Positions 40,912 through 55,368 are shown, counted from the stretch's first letter. The stretch is 64,000 bases of DNA from Eledone cirrhosa (GCA_964016885.1 CAXHJY010000913.1:15281-79280), one strand, 5' to 3'. Made by a program: numbers and translations. The notes: generated by a model not told the origin, from the sequence alone.

Positions 40912-41494
40912 TCATATTGACGATGGGGATGCTGAGGTGGATGTGCGCACAAGGCTGGGAAAAGCAGCGGCGGTCTTCCAGCGACTCCGTCCGGTATGGT
41001 CCAGGTGTTCCATCGGCAACGCCGTCAAACTCCGTGTTTACATGTCCATTGTAGTACCAACAGCGATATATGCCTGTGAGACATGGAAGAGTACGGAAAG
41101 TGTATGTAACAAGCTTGATGTATTCCACCGTCGTTGCATTCGGACCATATTGAAAATTTCATGGAGAGACCAAGTTAGCAACGAGGAAGTGATGAGGAGG
41201 TCAGGATTGGAGAAGTTAAGGGACATTGTCCGGAAAAGGGGGACGGCCGTTCGCGGGCCACATCCTTCGTTTGCCGGCAGATCGAGCTGCTCATATTGCC
41301 ATGGATTGGGTACCAGAAGGTGGCAGGGGGGAACGGGGAAGACTACGAAAAACATGGCGGAGCACATTCAGGGAGGACTTGCAGGAGATGGGAATTACCT
41401 GGAGAGGTGCTAGTAGGGCCGCCAGTGACATGATCAAGTGGAGGAAGCTCGTCGCCCAATGTTCCACAAGGGACTGGAGGAACTAAGACTAAGA
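40912..41494 (+). mobile_element. RTE-clade LINE 3' fragment (post-RT domain to stop, short CTAAGA tail), one frameshift
   Basis: DVRTRLGKAAAVFQRLRPVW...KLRVYMSIVVPTAIYACETW...LDVFHRRCIRTILKISWRDQVSNEEV / FAGHILRLP...GRGERGRLRKTWR...KWRKLVAQCS; ends AACTAAGACTAAGA into (TA)n. Confidence 0.92.
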
Positions 41495-41509
41495 TATATA
41501 CATATATAT

Positions 41510-41622
<113 letters not shown>

Positions 41623-42219
41623 CACGCATATCTTCACAACTATTAGCCTATATACTACACATCTATGATTTATTACAGACATAATTTGGTTTACATGCAC
41701 ATCTAACTCTTCTGTTAATCAAGTGAAAGACAAGAACTTGATTTAATTAAAGGAATAAAGTTGAGCAGTCACCTCGTCTGAAAGTTCACTAAAGCGTCAA
41801 GCAGCTAATCATAAATATATGCACGAAAACATAAAACATATATACAGTTATATATGTATACGTATACATTTAAATATAGAGGAAGATATATAGGTATAAA
41901 GATAGATAAATATATAGATACACATCACATTATATACGTTCATATTGTATAACATCCCTGTCTGATATAGATTACATTTATAACCATGTTTTATCCATGC
42001 CCCCCTTTTCTATAAAGGTCGGATCATATTCTTTATAAGGAACTAATGACAAACAGCCTCTTTTTCCGCCACATAACACGTTCAGAAATTTTTTTATTTC
42101 ATCGAATTATCTTTGGCTTATCGGGTAACAACCTACTTCACATTATCACAACATCTATGAACTTCAAATTTATTGGTCGACTAAATTTTATAGTTGCTCG
42201 CATATATATATATATATAT

Positions 42220-42464
42220 ATAGGAACGAGTAGGACCCCGACGGCTGAGCTCAAGCCGTTTTGACGGCTAATTCTGGACTAAAAAAAAAAAAATTCTGGA
42301 CTAAAAAATAAATTTTTTTCTTTTTTTAGTCCAGAATTAGCCGTCGAAACGGCTTGAGCTCAGCCGTCGGGGTCCTACTCGTTCCTATTACCCACTCTAC
42401 TACCCTAAGTATTGAGTACTTTGGTGCGTTATGGTCCACCTGGTTCCTTACCACATTTCCTTCG

Positions 42465-42467
<3 letters not shown>
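42220..42467 (+). mobile_element. Family H fold-back module with an A-tract/T-tract spacer
   Basis: Arms 42220-42281 and ~42328-42388; flanked by (TA)n. Confidence 0.85.
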
Positions 42468-42516
<49 letters not shown>

Positions 42517-42544
42517 TTATATATGTATATATATATATATATAT

Positions 42545-42694
42545 AGTGTTAGAAAGTAAAGGGACACAAACAAAAGATGGACATTTTTCCTTCATCAGTT
42601 GTCTAAATACGCTGAAAAATCTGTGACCTGTAGTAGACAACTGATGAAGGAAAAATGTCCATCTTTTGTTTGTGTCCCTTTACTTTCTAACACT
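42545..42694. mobile_element. 150-bp hairpin (perfect 61-bp arms, 28-bp spacer) between (TA)n tracts; each arm contains CTGATGA
   Basis: 42545-42605 is the exact reverse complement of 42634-42694. Confidence 0.9.
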
Positions 42695-42714
42695 ATATAT
42701 ATATATATATATAA

Positions 42715-42770
<56 letters not shown>

Positions 42771-45708
42771 AAGAGAGTGAAGGACAGCGGCATGGTGAAA
42801 ATATTTTTATTTACTCACACACTGTAACAAGTTTTTATTGAAGCGGGTACTAAGAGAGTGAGTGTGTGTATGTGAGATAGAAATAAAGTATTTTATGTGT
42901 TATGCTGCTCTTTTAAATCTGATGGCCATTTCTAATTAAATCATGTCAATTATCAAAGGACCAGCTAATTTATCATAAAACACATAAGAGCAATAGAAAA
43001 TAATGAGAGAACATTACGTATGAGATTTTGAGTCTCAAGATGCTGAAGGTATGTGTTAATGATCGATATTCTATGAGCAAATCTACCTCATTAAACAGTA
43101 ATATCACTTTATAATACGAGCTTTAAGGTCCCATGGCTACATTGCATTCGGAAAATTAATTTCTTAGAAAGTCTATAAACTGTTTATAAATACCTCAGAA
43201 GACATGGCACATTAAACTAGGAGGTTATTTAGAGGTCCCAATTTCAATTCCTGTTTTTAACTATTTATTTCCTTACTGGTTCTCCCATTCTCTCAAATTT
43301 CATCATCAATAATCTTGAGGAAAATTCATCAAAATCAAAATAGCCGTTTCACCTTACCCTAAAGAAATGTATGAATGATTTTTGTTACAGATGTGACCGA
43401 GAAAAGAGGAAACTATTTCAATGTTATAAGGTAGAATCGTTAGAATATCAGATAGAATGCTTCACATTATAGGTCTCGGCTTCTTGCATAGTTTAAAACC
43501 TGCATGCGTAAAAGTTGCCTTACATAATTGTTGTGGTCTATAAAGTACCTGTACCTTCCTGGGATAGACTCTCTTTAAGTAAAGGAGCTGATCGTAATAT
43601 CGAACTATCGAATCTACGTTTCCATTATTGATGATATCTTGCCGGTCTTAAATCCTGCCAGAGGGTGGCTAGGATTTTAACTCAGAAATCACAGAGCACG
43701 ATTAGACACTGCAAAGCACCCCATCCAGCTCATTAACTATTCTGTGCATAAACCTTCATTGGACAGTTATTATATTCATCGATGCCGAAAGGATGGTGAA
43801 GACCAAAGTTAACCGCAGCAGGATTTGAACACAGGGAGTATTGAACCAGAATAAATGATGTGTAATTTAATACGAAACTCTGACGACTCTGCCAATTCGC
43901 CGTTTTCTTTATAAGTGTTCCCTCTATTAGTAGTAAGTGATGAGTGAGAGCTATTTTCCTTTTGAAACTAAACAGTTCTCGCGTTAAAAGTTCAAGTGGA
44001 AAATTAAAACGTTTATCGACAGCTGGGTCGTTTGCTGACGTTTTCTCCACAGAAATATATTTACAAAGATACATCATACTTTAACCCACCAGACAGCAAT
44101 ACTCTCAACAGAACGATCAGCCCTCTCCCACCATTAACACCTATGCCCTACCCATCATATCCAGGTCTGTTCCAGCATTTAATGGCGACAGTAAACTAAA
44201 ACAAATATAATATGAATCAGACAAAACTGTCGAAAGAAATATATTAGACGGATACGTTTCTTTTGTAGTGTTGATCGTCATCGTTGTTGTTGTAGTAGTA
44301 GTAGCAGTAGTAGTTCTAGTTGTTGTTGTAGTGGTGGAGAAGCTACGAAACGGTAGAATCGTAAAATCTTCGACTTGAATGCTTCGCCGTATTCGTTCTG
44401 TCTCTCTGCGGTCAAATCTCTCCGAGTTAGTTTGTGAAATATATACCAGCCCAGTACTGGAGTCGATTCTTCATCTGTATTTCGTCCTCACACCCTCTCA
44501 CTCTCTTTCTTTCTGTGGAAGAAATTAGCTATAGGCTGACTTGGAGAAGGATGGAGCGCCACCTTCGCGATATATGATTACGGTCCTTTTTGTTCTGAGT
44601 TCTAATCCCACCGAGGTCAACTTTCCTTTTAACATATTCAGGGTTGATGAAGTAAAGTACCAGTCTAAAGTAAAGTACTAGAATCAATTTAATCGCCTTT
44701 CCCCTACCACAATAAAATAAAATATATATTTCTAGTTATGTGTCTAAATTAGGAATTATTGTCTATTGATTTATACTTTTGTGATGGTGGGGTGAATATT
44801 TCGTCATTCTTCCAGCGCCGTGTGCTTTCCTTGTCTAAAAACCAAAAACTTAAAAAATAAGAAAAGGAAAGGGGGGAAAAATGTGGATTGACAGATTAGA
44901 TAAAGGGTCGGACATGGTGGCATCTTTTCATGTATCTTTGCATCGTGAGTTCAAATTCCACCGATGTCAACATTTTATCCTTCAAGAGTTGATGAAATAA
45001 AATAATATATTAGTTCAAATTCCTCTGAGAAGATCATTATTTTTCATTCTTTAAGAAGTGTTAAAATGAAATACTAGTATCATTGTCTTTCCAACGTTCT
45101 TTCTAAATTCCTTGGCCTTCTGCTTAAATTATAAACACGTATTTGTTGTTCGATATTGTTAATCTATCGTTGGTGTTGCCCGATTTTCATTGCCTGAATA
45201 AAATTAAGAAATAAATAAAAAAAAGTTTTAAAAAATATATAGAATACAAGAAAGGGGTGGGCGAGGAGAATATGAATGAAGAAAAAGAGAAGAAAACTAT
45301 TTACCAAAAGTTCTTGACGTGTAAACATAAGAGTTCTGGCGGTTAAGACGTTTACCTTTGCGACGCCAGTGTTAATATATACAAGGGATAAACATTAACG
45401 TGTGTAATTGCTTAATAAATTAAATGCACTGAGTTAGAGAATTGTATCGAAGGAGTCGCTTTATGTGGTTTCGTTATTCTAATGTGTTTGTTCAATTTAG
45501 GTTAAGCCTGCAAGGTATATGGATAGATATACATACAGACATGAAGCTAGATAGATCGATAGATATAATTATTAGAGCTATGAATCTATATCAGTGGCAC
45601 ATACACATGTATCTTATAATATAGACTAAATCTATGTTCCACAAAACAGCAAAAACGGTTTAAAATATACATATTTACACTAATATATATATATATATAT
45701 ATATAATA

Positions 45709-45838
45709 TAACAAAGGAATCGTGGTAAGGAACCAGATGGACCATAACGCACCAGAGTACTCAATACTTAGGGTAGTAGAGTGGGAAGTAGGAAAAAGTG
45801 TGACCCCAACGGCAGAGCTATAGCCGTTTCGACGGCTA
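45709..45838 (-). mobile_element. Diverged single-arm family H module in (TA)n
   Basis: Reverse-complement homology to 39121-39250. Confidence 0.8.
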
Positions 45839-45910
45839 TATATATGTATGTATGTATATATATATATGTATGTATGTATATGTATATATATATATGTATG
45901 TATATGTATG

Positions 45911-45943
<33 letters not shown>

Positions 45944-45980
45944 ATGTATGTATATATATATATATATATATATGTATATG

Positions 45981-46021
<41 letters not shown>

Positions 46022-46028
46022 ATGTATG

Positions 46029-46061
<33 letters not shown>

Positions 46062-46068
46062 ATGTATG

Positions 46069-46101
<33 letters not shown>

Positions 46102-46108
46102 ATGTATG

Positions 46109-46139
<31 letters not shown>

Positions 46140-46146
46140 ATGTATG

Positions 46147-46195
<49 letters not shown>

Positions 46196-46198
46196 ATG

Positions 46199-46253
<55 letters not shown>

Positions 46254-46483
46254 ATGTATGTATGTATGTATATATATATAGAGAGAAAGGGTATATATGT
46301 GTGTGTGTGTGCATACAAATGAAATAATATACATGCATTCAAACAAATGCACACATACAAATTGACATATGCGTATATGTATGGATATATATACATACAT
46401 ATATTATAATATAGATGTATTCCAACAAATACACAAGCACGCACATACAAATTGATATATATATGTGTGTGTGTATATATATA

Positions 46484-46525
<42 letters not shown>

Positions 46526-46592
46526 AAAGGCAAACAGAAATAACAAAACAAACTCAGAGTACAATGATGAAATGCATTATTAGTTTTGCGCT

Positions 46593-46653
<61 letters not shown>

Positions 46654-46812
46654 CAAATACGTAAATATTCCACATATATGAACATTTTAATGTTTCCTTT
46701 GTACCTAGAAGAGAGCACGTGCCAATATATCAACAAAAAGATTCTTTCTAAACAATGGACATGACCAGAGGGGACATTTGTATAAATAAAAACAAACACG
46801 TGTGAGAGACAT

Positions 46813-46873
46813 GTATATATATATATATATATATATACAGTATATATGTATATATATATATATATATATTACA

Positions 46874-46938
<65 letters not shown>

Positions 46939-47000
46939 TATATATATATATATATACAGTATATATATATATATATACAGTATATATATATATATATACA

Positions 47001-47072
<72 letters not shown>

Positions 47073-47100
47073 TATATATATATATATATATATATATACA

Positions 47101-47152
<52 letters not shown>

Positions 47153-47176
47153 TATATATATATATATATATATACA

Positions 47177-47257
<81 letters not shown>

Positions 47258-47272
47258 CAGTATATATATATA
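46813..47272. repeat. (TA)n array periodically interrupted by CAG
   Basis: Recurrent TATACAGTATA. Confidence 0.92.
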
Positions 47273-47290
47273 TTCTATTCTATTCGCTAT

Positions 47291-47359
<69 letters not shown>

Positions 47360-47671
47360 TGTATATATAATCTTAATGGCACTAGTATATATATATATAT
47401 AATTTTAATGGCACTAGTATATATCTGTCAGTGTTGAGATGTCTCCCGATAGACATCAACTGCTGAAGTAAACATAGAAAACATAATTATCTCCCCTCAG
47501 GTTATATAACTATTATATAATTGGTTTAAACTTGATGTCTTACATATGTCTATTTTTGTTAAATACCTACTTCCTTCACTTATCCCTGCCAATCTTACTG
47601 ACCCCTAGAGATTCACAGCCCACATTCTTCACACACAAACACACATATATGTATATATATATATATATATG

Positions 47672-47702
<31 letters not shown>

Positions 47703-48019
47703 CCATTGTACCATACAAGCGCACACAAACAAAAATATATATTTATGTATGTAAAAATACATATATATATATATATATATACAATTGTGTGTGTATGTGT
47801 GTGCGTGCGTGTGTGTGTGTATGCCTGCATGTGTTTGTGCATATACTACATGTCGTAAACACTCCACCATTTTTGTGTCTTGTCTTGTATGTGCTTCAGG
47901 GCATCTATGTTTGTGTGTACGTATGTTATATATTCGTGTGTATTTGTGTATAACATCCTCTATAATTAAAAATTGTAGATATCAAGGCACGGTAGACTCC
48001 ATAAGTGCATAGATTAGGT

Positions 48020-48330
48020 ATGTGCATAGAATCAGCATGTTGATTACTTTCAACCACGAAGACAAAAACAGAGATTTTGGACCATGTACTAGATGACTCC
48101 TGCTTATCAAATTAATATGGATGTGGCTGAGTATTTCATATTCACATCTACTCATAACGTGGCCCTCGGGGAGATTCAGCATGACGCAATGTGTGACATG
48201 GCTAGCCCTTTGAAATACAACTTATTTTTGCCACCTGAGTGGACTAGAGCAACGTTAAAAAGGATCGAACTGGTAATCTTTTGATCTTTATATCAACTCT
48301 CTAACCACTACGCTATGTACTTTCACACAT
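48020..48330 (-). mobile_element. Decayed SINE-like interspersed repeat (family C); related fragments near 1040-1150, 13240-13380, 13870-14070, 38750-38930 and 58490-58620
   Basis: Shared CTCGGGGAGATTCAGCATGAC...TGTGACATGGCTAGCCCTTTGAAATACA motif (reverse complement at ~38830-38880); tRNA-head remnant near 48300-48325. Confidence 0.5.
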
Positions 48331-49020
48331 CTGTCACTCAAATAAAAAATGGATCACCCAAATAAAAAATTGATCCATCAAATAAAAAAATAGCAAATTG
48401 TGACTGAAGAAACGCCGGACACTCTGTCCAACTTTAAAACATTTGTAGACACGAAGACACGTACACACATACACATAGACATACACATACATGTGGAAAA
48501 AGAAAGAGCATGCATGCGTGAGTGTGTGTATGTTTGATCACGTGTGCATGTAAAAGAAACTGGATAAAAGGACAAAGAGATGTTCTGATGACATCTTAAT
48601 GGTGCTTGCCAAAGATTTATAAGTATTTTCACAAGAGAACTAATCTCATCGGGGAACAAAAAAATAAATAAATAAATAAAATATTATCCAGTCCACCACA
48701 TGGCTCATTTTCCTTTTAAAAGCTTGGATCGTTTTCAAGTGATAGCAAATGGCGTTACTGGAGTGTAAGCCCTGGGTTTTTTTGACATGTGCGTAGGAAT
48801 TTTTGATAGGAAGAGCTATTTGTATCAACACACACACATACACACGGACGCACACACACACACACGCACGCACGCACATATATATATATATATATGTGTG
48901 TGTGTAATATACGAGCTTTATGGAAAATGGGAGTAAGTGGTGAGAATTGAGTTTGTCAGTCTGTGTGCATGTGTATGTATGTACGTACGTATGTATGTGT
49001 GTGTGTATATATATATATAT

Positions 49021-49167
49021 ATAGGAACGAGTAGGACCCCGACGGCTGAGCTCAAGCCGTTTCGACGGATAATTCTGGACGTTCCTATTACCCACTCTAC
49101 TACCCTAAGTATTGAGTACTTTGGTGCGTTATTGTCCACCTGGTTCCTTACCACATTTCCTTCGTTA
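49021..49167 (+). mobile_element. Family H module with an internal deletion at the inversion junction
   Basis: Antisense arm 49021-49080 joined directly to GTTCCTATTACCC...; flanked by (TA)n. Confidence 0.85.
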
Positions 49168-49654
49168 TATATATATGGCGGGGGAACCACGAAAGTAGGA
49201 CTAGAAACTCCAATCTCATGCTTCTCATTGATAACTTCGTTCGTTTTGTTGACTGAACAGGAGTCTACAAATATTTTTTCGGCAGTTTCAATTATATATA
49301 GAGATATTTCTACTTTATGCTCTAGCAATACTTAAAAATATTTCTTTTGAATAAATTTTCTAATTTAGCTACATATTGAGTCTAAATACTTCTTCTGAAG
49401 CGGCGCACCATGAGTTAAAACTAAAAAAAAAAATAGTTTGAGTAGCAAAGCTAACGAAAGATGTTAGGGGTATAGTGAGTTTTGTTGAAACAGGAGTAGA
49501 TTATAAATAACGATTTAGTAGAAGACTACAAAGAAAGAAGCTGCTATATAATGTTCCACTTGCGTGATTATTCCCCTTTTATTTTGCATTTTCCCTCCTA
49601 TTTGGCACCGTTTCAACTTCTCTCTTTCCATCTCTGTATGTGTACCACATGTAT

Positions 49655-49715
<61 letters not shown>

Positions 49716-50233
49716 TCTTCTTTTCCTTTTTTCTTCTTCTTAACCTCTTACTTTTTCCTTACCCCTCCCTCGCCCCTCTCCTCTTTCTCCTACTTGAATA
49801 AAATGCATCAGTGTTGCTTCTGAGTCTTTACCTTCTGGTGTTCAAATCTCATCATGATTAATCTCATTTTAATTCAAGGAAAAAGAGTCCTGTTATTGAA
49901 CACGCTAGCTGCTAGGGCATTTTTATAATATGGCGCAGCCTTGTTTCATGTTGTTTGGAGATTATTCTCCAAATGTTGCGGACTAATTGCATTTTCCAAA
50001 ACCATCTCCAGATGGAAGAGGCTGTTATTCATGTATCATAGTCACCCACATAGTATAGTATAAGGTTTACATTTCAAGATCTCGCATAATACCATATTAA
50101 CTTTGAACATCGCGTAAGAACTGGCATTGCAAGATATCATATCTGACGAAAAGTCTAGTAAACCTACTAGTAATCATAGGTTAACATTTAAGCATAATAC
50201 TTCTCTCTACAACTTTGGATTGCCTAACACCCG

Positions 50234-50334
<101 letters not shown>

Positions 50335-51260
50335 GTTCCCAGTGTGGAAAACTGGTGCAGAGGTTTATGGTAATTAGTAAAAACCCGACGAACGGCACAT
50401 TCAGTTTCGGTTGGCCTCATTTTGGGTAACGAATATAAGTTCAAAGCAAGCTTAAATTTAGTGGTCTTTTTTATGGGGTGTTTATTAATTTTATTCACAC
50501 ACCCACACACTCACATGCGTAACATAAAATATATATGTGTGTACATTTCCGACCAATTAGATAATTACGCATTTAAAACCTTATCTCTAACACAACACAC
50601 GTTCCAGTAATTTCATTACTCATATTGGTAGTATTATTTCTTCCCTGGGGTGTATTTTTTAGCCGTTTGTCCTGACGTAGATAGCAGAATTACCTTCTGA
50701 TTCACACAACACTCATTTTACTCTTCCTGTTATTACTTAAGTGTCGGTGCTCCTTCGCAAACTCTTTGTATAGAAGTAGATTTAATACATTTGAAATACA
50801 ACACATGGTAAAAACCTTGTTCTGATTATTCGGGTTTTGTCTTTTATCAGATTGTTATGGTGTATATCTCTATACAAGGCTGGTGACTGAGAATTTAGTG
50901 CCTTAGGCTAACCCTAAAATATGCGTTCCCTTTTCCCAGTTATACACCCATTATCCTTAATATAACTTTCAGTTTGAAATTTCGCCAAGCATATGATCCT
51001 AGTGTTTGACACTTCTTGCTTTGACCACGCTAAGGATACTACTAGGAATATATCTTCCACCACAGAGGCCACATCATGTGACAAGACTCTGTATTGCTTT
51101 GGGTCTTTCTTCTACACTGCTACAATGTAAACATGTTTAGTGATTTATTCATTGATTACAAGAAATTATGTGTATATTTACTTTATACAAATGTGTCTTA
51201 AAATAGGAATATTTAAGATACACCTCCATGATGTTTGTTCCTTAGGTGGCTACCTAGCTG

Positions 51261-51298
<38 letters not shown>

Positions 51299-51305
51299 GG
51301 AAACT

Positions 51306-51396
51306 ACGAGTCTGATGAGCTATCGATTTCAGAGTTGGGCACGATCGATACAGATTGTAACTTGAGTTAATCGATCGCAAAACACGCGTCACACGT
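51306..51396 (+). ncRNA. Hammerhead motif with long stem II and GAAA>AAAA core change (probably inactive)
   Basis: ACGAGU-CUGAUGA-GCuAUCGAUU...AAUCGAUcGC-AAAA-CACGCG-UC-ACACGU; next to (TA)n at 51267-51295. Confidence 0.65.
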
Positions 51397-51409
51397 GAAT
51401 ATACATAAT

Positions 51410-51545
51410 TGTTTCTACTTTAGGCACAAGGCCAGCAAATACCCAGTGCATTACTGGTACTTTATTTTATCGACCCCGTAAGGATGAAAGGCAAAGTCAA
51501 CCTCGGCGGGATTTGAACTCAGATCGTAAAGGGACGTAACTATGC
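51410..51545 (-). mobile_element. 5'-truncated SINE family A with a 14-bp target-site duplication
   Basis: TGAATATACATAAT at 51396-51409 and 51546-51559. Confidence 0.92.
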
Positions 51546-51604
51546 TGAATATACATAATGATGATATTTAGGTACAGCATTTCTATTCATTATTATGGTC
51601 AATT

Positions 51605-51990
51605 GGCGGTGGATTGGCAGTATCGGTAGAGGGTCGGGCGCCATGCTTTGAAGCATAGGGTTACCTCCCTTTATGATCTGAGTTCAAATCCCGCCGAGGT
51701 TAACTTTGTCTTTCATCCTTACGGGGTCGATAAAATAAAGTACCAGTAATGCACTGGGATAATTGCTGGCCTGGTGCCAAAAGTAGAAACAATTATTATG
51801 GTCAATTGGCAGTATTAGTAGAGGGTCAGACATCCTTTCCAGCGTAGTTACGTCCCTTTACGGACTGAGTTCAAATCCCGCCGAGGTTAACTTTGCGTTT
51901 CATTCTTACGGGGTCGATAAAATAAAGTACCAGTAATATACTTACTGGGTAATTGCTGACCTTGTGCCAAAAGTAGAAACAATTATTATT
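51605..51990 (+). mobile_element. Two head-to-tail SINE family A copies; the first has a TSD
   Basis: TATTATGGTCAATT at 51591-51604 and 51794-51807. Confidence 0.9.
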
Positions 51991-52643
51991 GCTATTACAC
52001 ACACACACACACACATGTATATATAATTTTGATACCTTTCGGCCAATATCGATCCAGGCCATGTCTAGTTTGATGGCACCACTGGTTATCAATTTAAAGT
52101 GGACGTATCGATAGTTTCAATTGACATGTGCATTCCTTGAAACGATGATCTTTTTTAAGGTTCAGTAATGCAGCCCTCTGATGACTGCGCCTAGTTGTCC
52201 GCCTAGGTGGCCGCCTAGTTATCCTTAACGGAAGCACCATCCATTCACATACCACCATCACACATAACATAGTTTACTTACAGTATATTCGTTTGATAAA
52301 CTCTAACGTTATTCGTTAAACACCGAAAGATTGGAAAGACAATTGTTCATTGCTGCATTCTCTAGAAAACCACAGTTACTCAGCTACTCCACCCCTCTTC
52401 CTTACAACTCCGTAATTGCCTCCCTTAACCAAACTTACAGCCCGGAATGTTTTCTGCTAACTTCACCTCCTCAGTCTTAGAAATGTGCTGTAAGCAATGT
52501 TGTTTGTTTCTCTTATAAACAACGTGTGTTTATCCGTCCATGTGGCTTGTCAAAACTAGTCTTTCCACTCAATTTCCACACACACACTCTCACACACACA
52601 CAAACACACACACACACACACACACTCTCTCTCTCTCTCTCTC

Positions 52644-52691
<48 letters not shown>

Positions 52692-52884
52692 CTCTCTATC
52701 TTTCTCTCTCTATTTCTCAACCTTTCTCCCTTCACTCTATCGCAAACACACGCACACACACACACATATGTATATACAGTATGAGTGTATGCGTATGTGT
52801 TTATATATATATATATATATACGTGCACACAATCACATACATACATATATATATATATATTGTATATATATATATGTGTGTGTG

Positions 52885-52916
<32 letters not shown>

Positions 52917-53144
52917 TATATACGTGCACACAATTACATACATACATACACACACACATATATATATATATATATAATCAGTTACTGTTTTCATTTTATC
53001 CAATTCTTACATTTCATCTGTAATTATCTTTCTCTCTCTCTCACACACACACACATACATACCCACACATATACATACCTACACACATATACACACATAT
53101 ATATATATGCATGTATATACACACATGACACATACATACACAGG

Positions 53145-53202
<58 letters not shown>

Positions 53203-55368
53203 ATATATATATATCTCACACTTCCCTTTCATTTATAGTTTTATTTTTACTTCTCTCTATTACAACCCTTCAGAAACATTATCAGTTATCGTTTACTTTT
53301 ATTGATATATTTATCGCTATTTTATCGTCCGTACGTGGTTTTCCTTTCTTTCTTCTGTCTATTTATCTTACTTAGCTCCCCTTTTCTTTGATTTTTTTTT
53401 TTCTAATGTTTCCTTTATTTTTATCGTAATTTTCGTTGTTGTTCTTGTTTTTGTTGTTCCCGCTGACCTTATTATTTTGGTTTGTTTTGTTTATATCTAT
53501 TTAATATTTTTTTTTTTATTACTAGTTTTATTTTAGTGCTATTAGTTCAATTCTTGCTGTATATTGCATTTTTGTTTTGTTACTTAGATTACTGAGTCAG
53601 ATGGATGGCGGAGTGAGGAATCGTAGAGCATCGGACGTCTTTCCTTGTGCTATTTTTTCGGCAATTCACGCGCGGAGTTCAAGGCTTTCTAAAGTCGACT
53701 ATATTTCGTACTGGGGTCTATTTAATCAACTTATTTTCTCACCCGAAAATTGCGGACCTATATTCGAAACCATTACTGGCTCTGGTGCACCTTTTCGTCG
53801 GGAACATGGAATGGATCTCCGTCGGTTTTGACAAAGATCGTTCCAGATGCTAGACCAAATGAGAAAGCTGCTCATGAAATTGACATGTATCCCACAGATA
53901 GGTGCCAATGTGGGACGTAGCTGGTCCCTGGAATTACAGGGACAGTCCATCCGACTGTAGAAGAATGGATAACCTCTATGTAGGCATTATCTGACCCTTG
54001 GGAGGACATGCCAGTGCGACGATGTTGCAGTTCTGTGGCACATATAGCACCGTTATATTTATACTTCAAAACCTTTAGTTAAAGGTGATGGTAAGAGCTA
54101 TTGGTTATACTCTTGACTCCTTGTTGTTTGTCACCTTTCTATCGCAGTATTGATGAGCGGTCGCTGCAGATGTGATGAGAGAAAACACGTGTCGCTGGAG
54201 AAAGAATGAATTTTAAAAGTCTAAATTAAAACACGAAAACAACAAATCCTTACCGGATCAGGGGGATGAGATTTCAGTAGTCTCTTCTCACCAGTTGCAA
54301 CTCCCTTATTGGACAGAAAGCTCTATCCACCCGATCATAGAACAGAAAATCGTAGGTGAAGAGAAAGCAGCTTCCCAGTTCTCAGCAACAGTCACACCCG
54401 CCATACTGAGCGAGAAATAATCTGTTTCAAAAATTCCAAACGTATAAATGATGTTTGACATTTTCTGAGAGAAAATAAAAGGCAGTGTTGTAATATGCCC
54501 ATGTCCCAGTAATGCGAAATATAATCTCACAAATATCAGTTAAACCATATCACGAACCATATCATTTTTTGAAGAGTAGAAAATTATACATGTGATGGAT
54601 GTATCAGCATCGTACGATGCCATGTCAAGATTTCTCCTATAGCATGTTACACAGATAAATACAACCAAAAAATGATAATAAAAATAATTGCTGACATAAC
54701 AACTAACGAATTTGAAATATCTTTTTACATATCAGAAAATTAGACGGAAAACGTGTCGGAAGAAAAATTGATAGGACTTGTTCTCGATGATGCGTCACAA
54801 ACAAGATAAACGTGATGAATGTGTAAAAAAAAATCGTTCAAGTAAAATTGCAACATGCAAATTCAGATTTTTCCTTAAGTCATCTAATATAAATTCTTGA
54901 TGAAGTCATCTAGATTAGCTCAGAAGACGTCAATTTTTATGGAATAAATTTAAGAGATTATGCCATGAATGAACATGCGGTGATACGGTCTTAAATTCAA
55001 ATAACAGAAACAAAACAAAATAATAAATAAATAAATGAACGAAATAATGAAATAAAAGGGAATGTGAATACTAAATGTTTGTCATCATCACGAGAGTTGT
55101 GAGGGATTTCTTAATGTTAGAAATATATCTACGAAGACAATGAAATATATTATAAAATATATAGAAGATAGGATAAGATGCCTTTATTAAAAGGGAACTT
55201 GTAAATATAAGTTCCAAGCCAGATAATTGGAAAGGATATCCGGACGTAGGTTCTAATGAGAGATTCGTAGGGACGCTGACTTGGGGATTTAATTCGTGTG
55301 TAACCCACCCTTCTTCAGATCGTACGCCTATACTTAGGCATGTGTACACACACACACACACACACACA

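Noticed and set aside
47428-47467. Small hairpin CAGTGTTGAGATGTCT-cccgat-AGACATCAACTGCTG as a miRNA or terminator
   Set aside because: Short, single copy, with no supporting context
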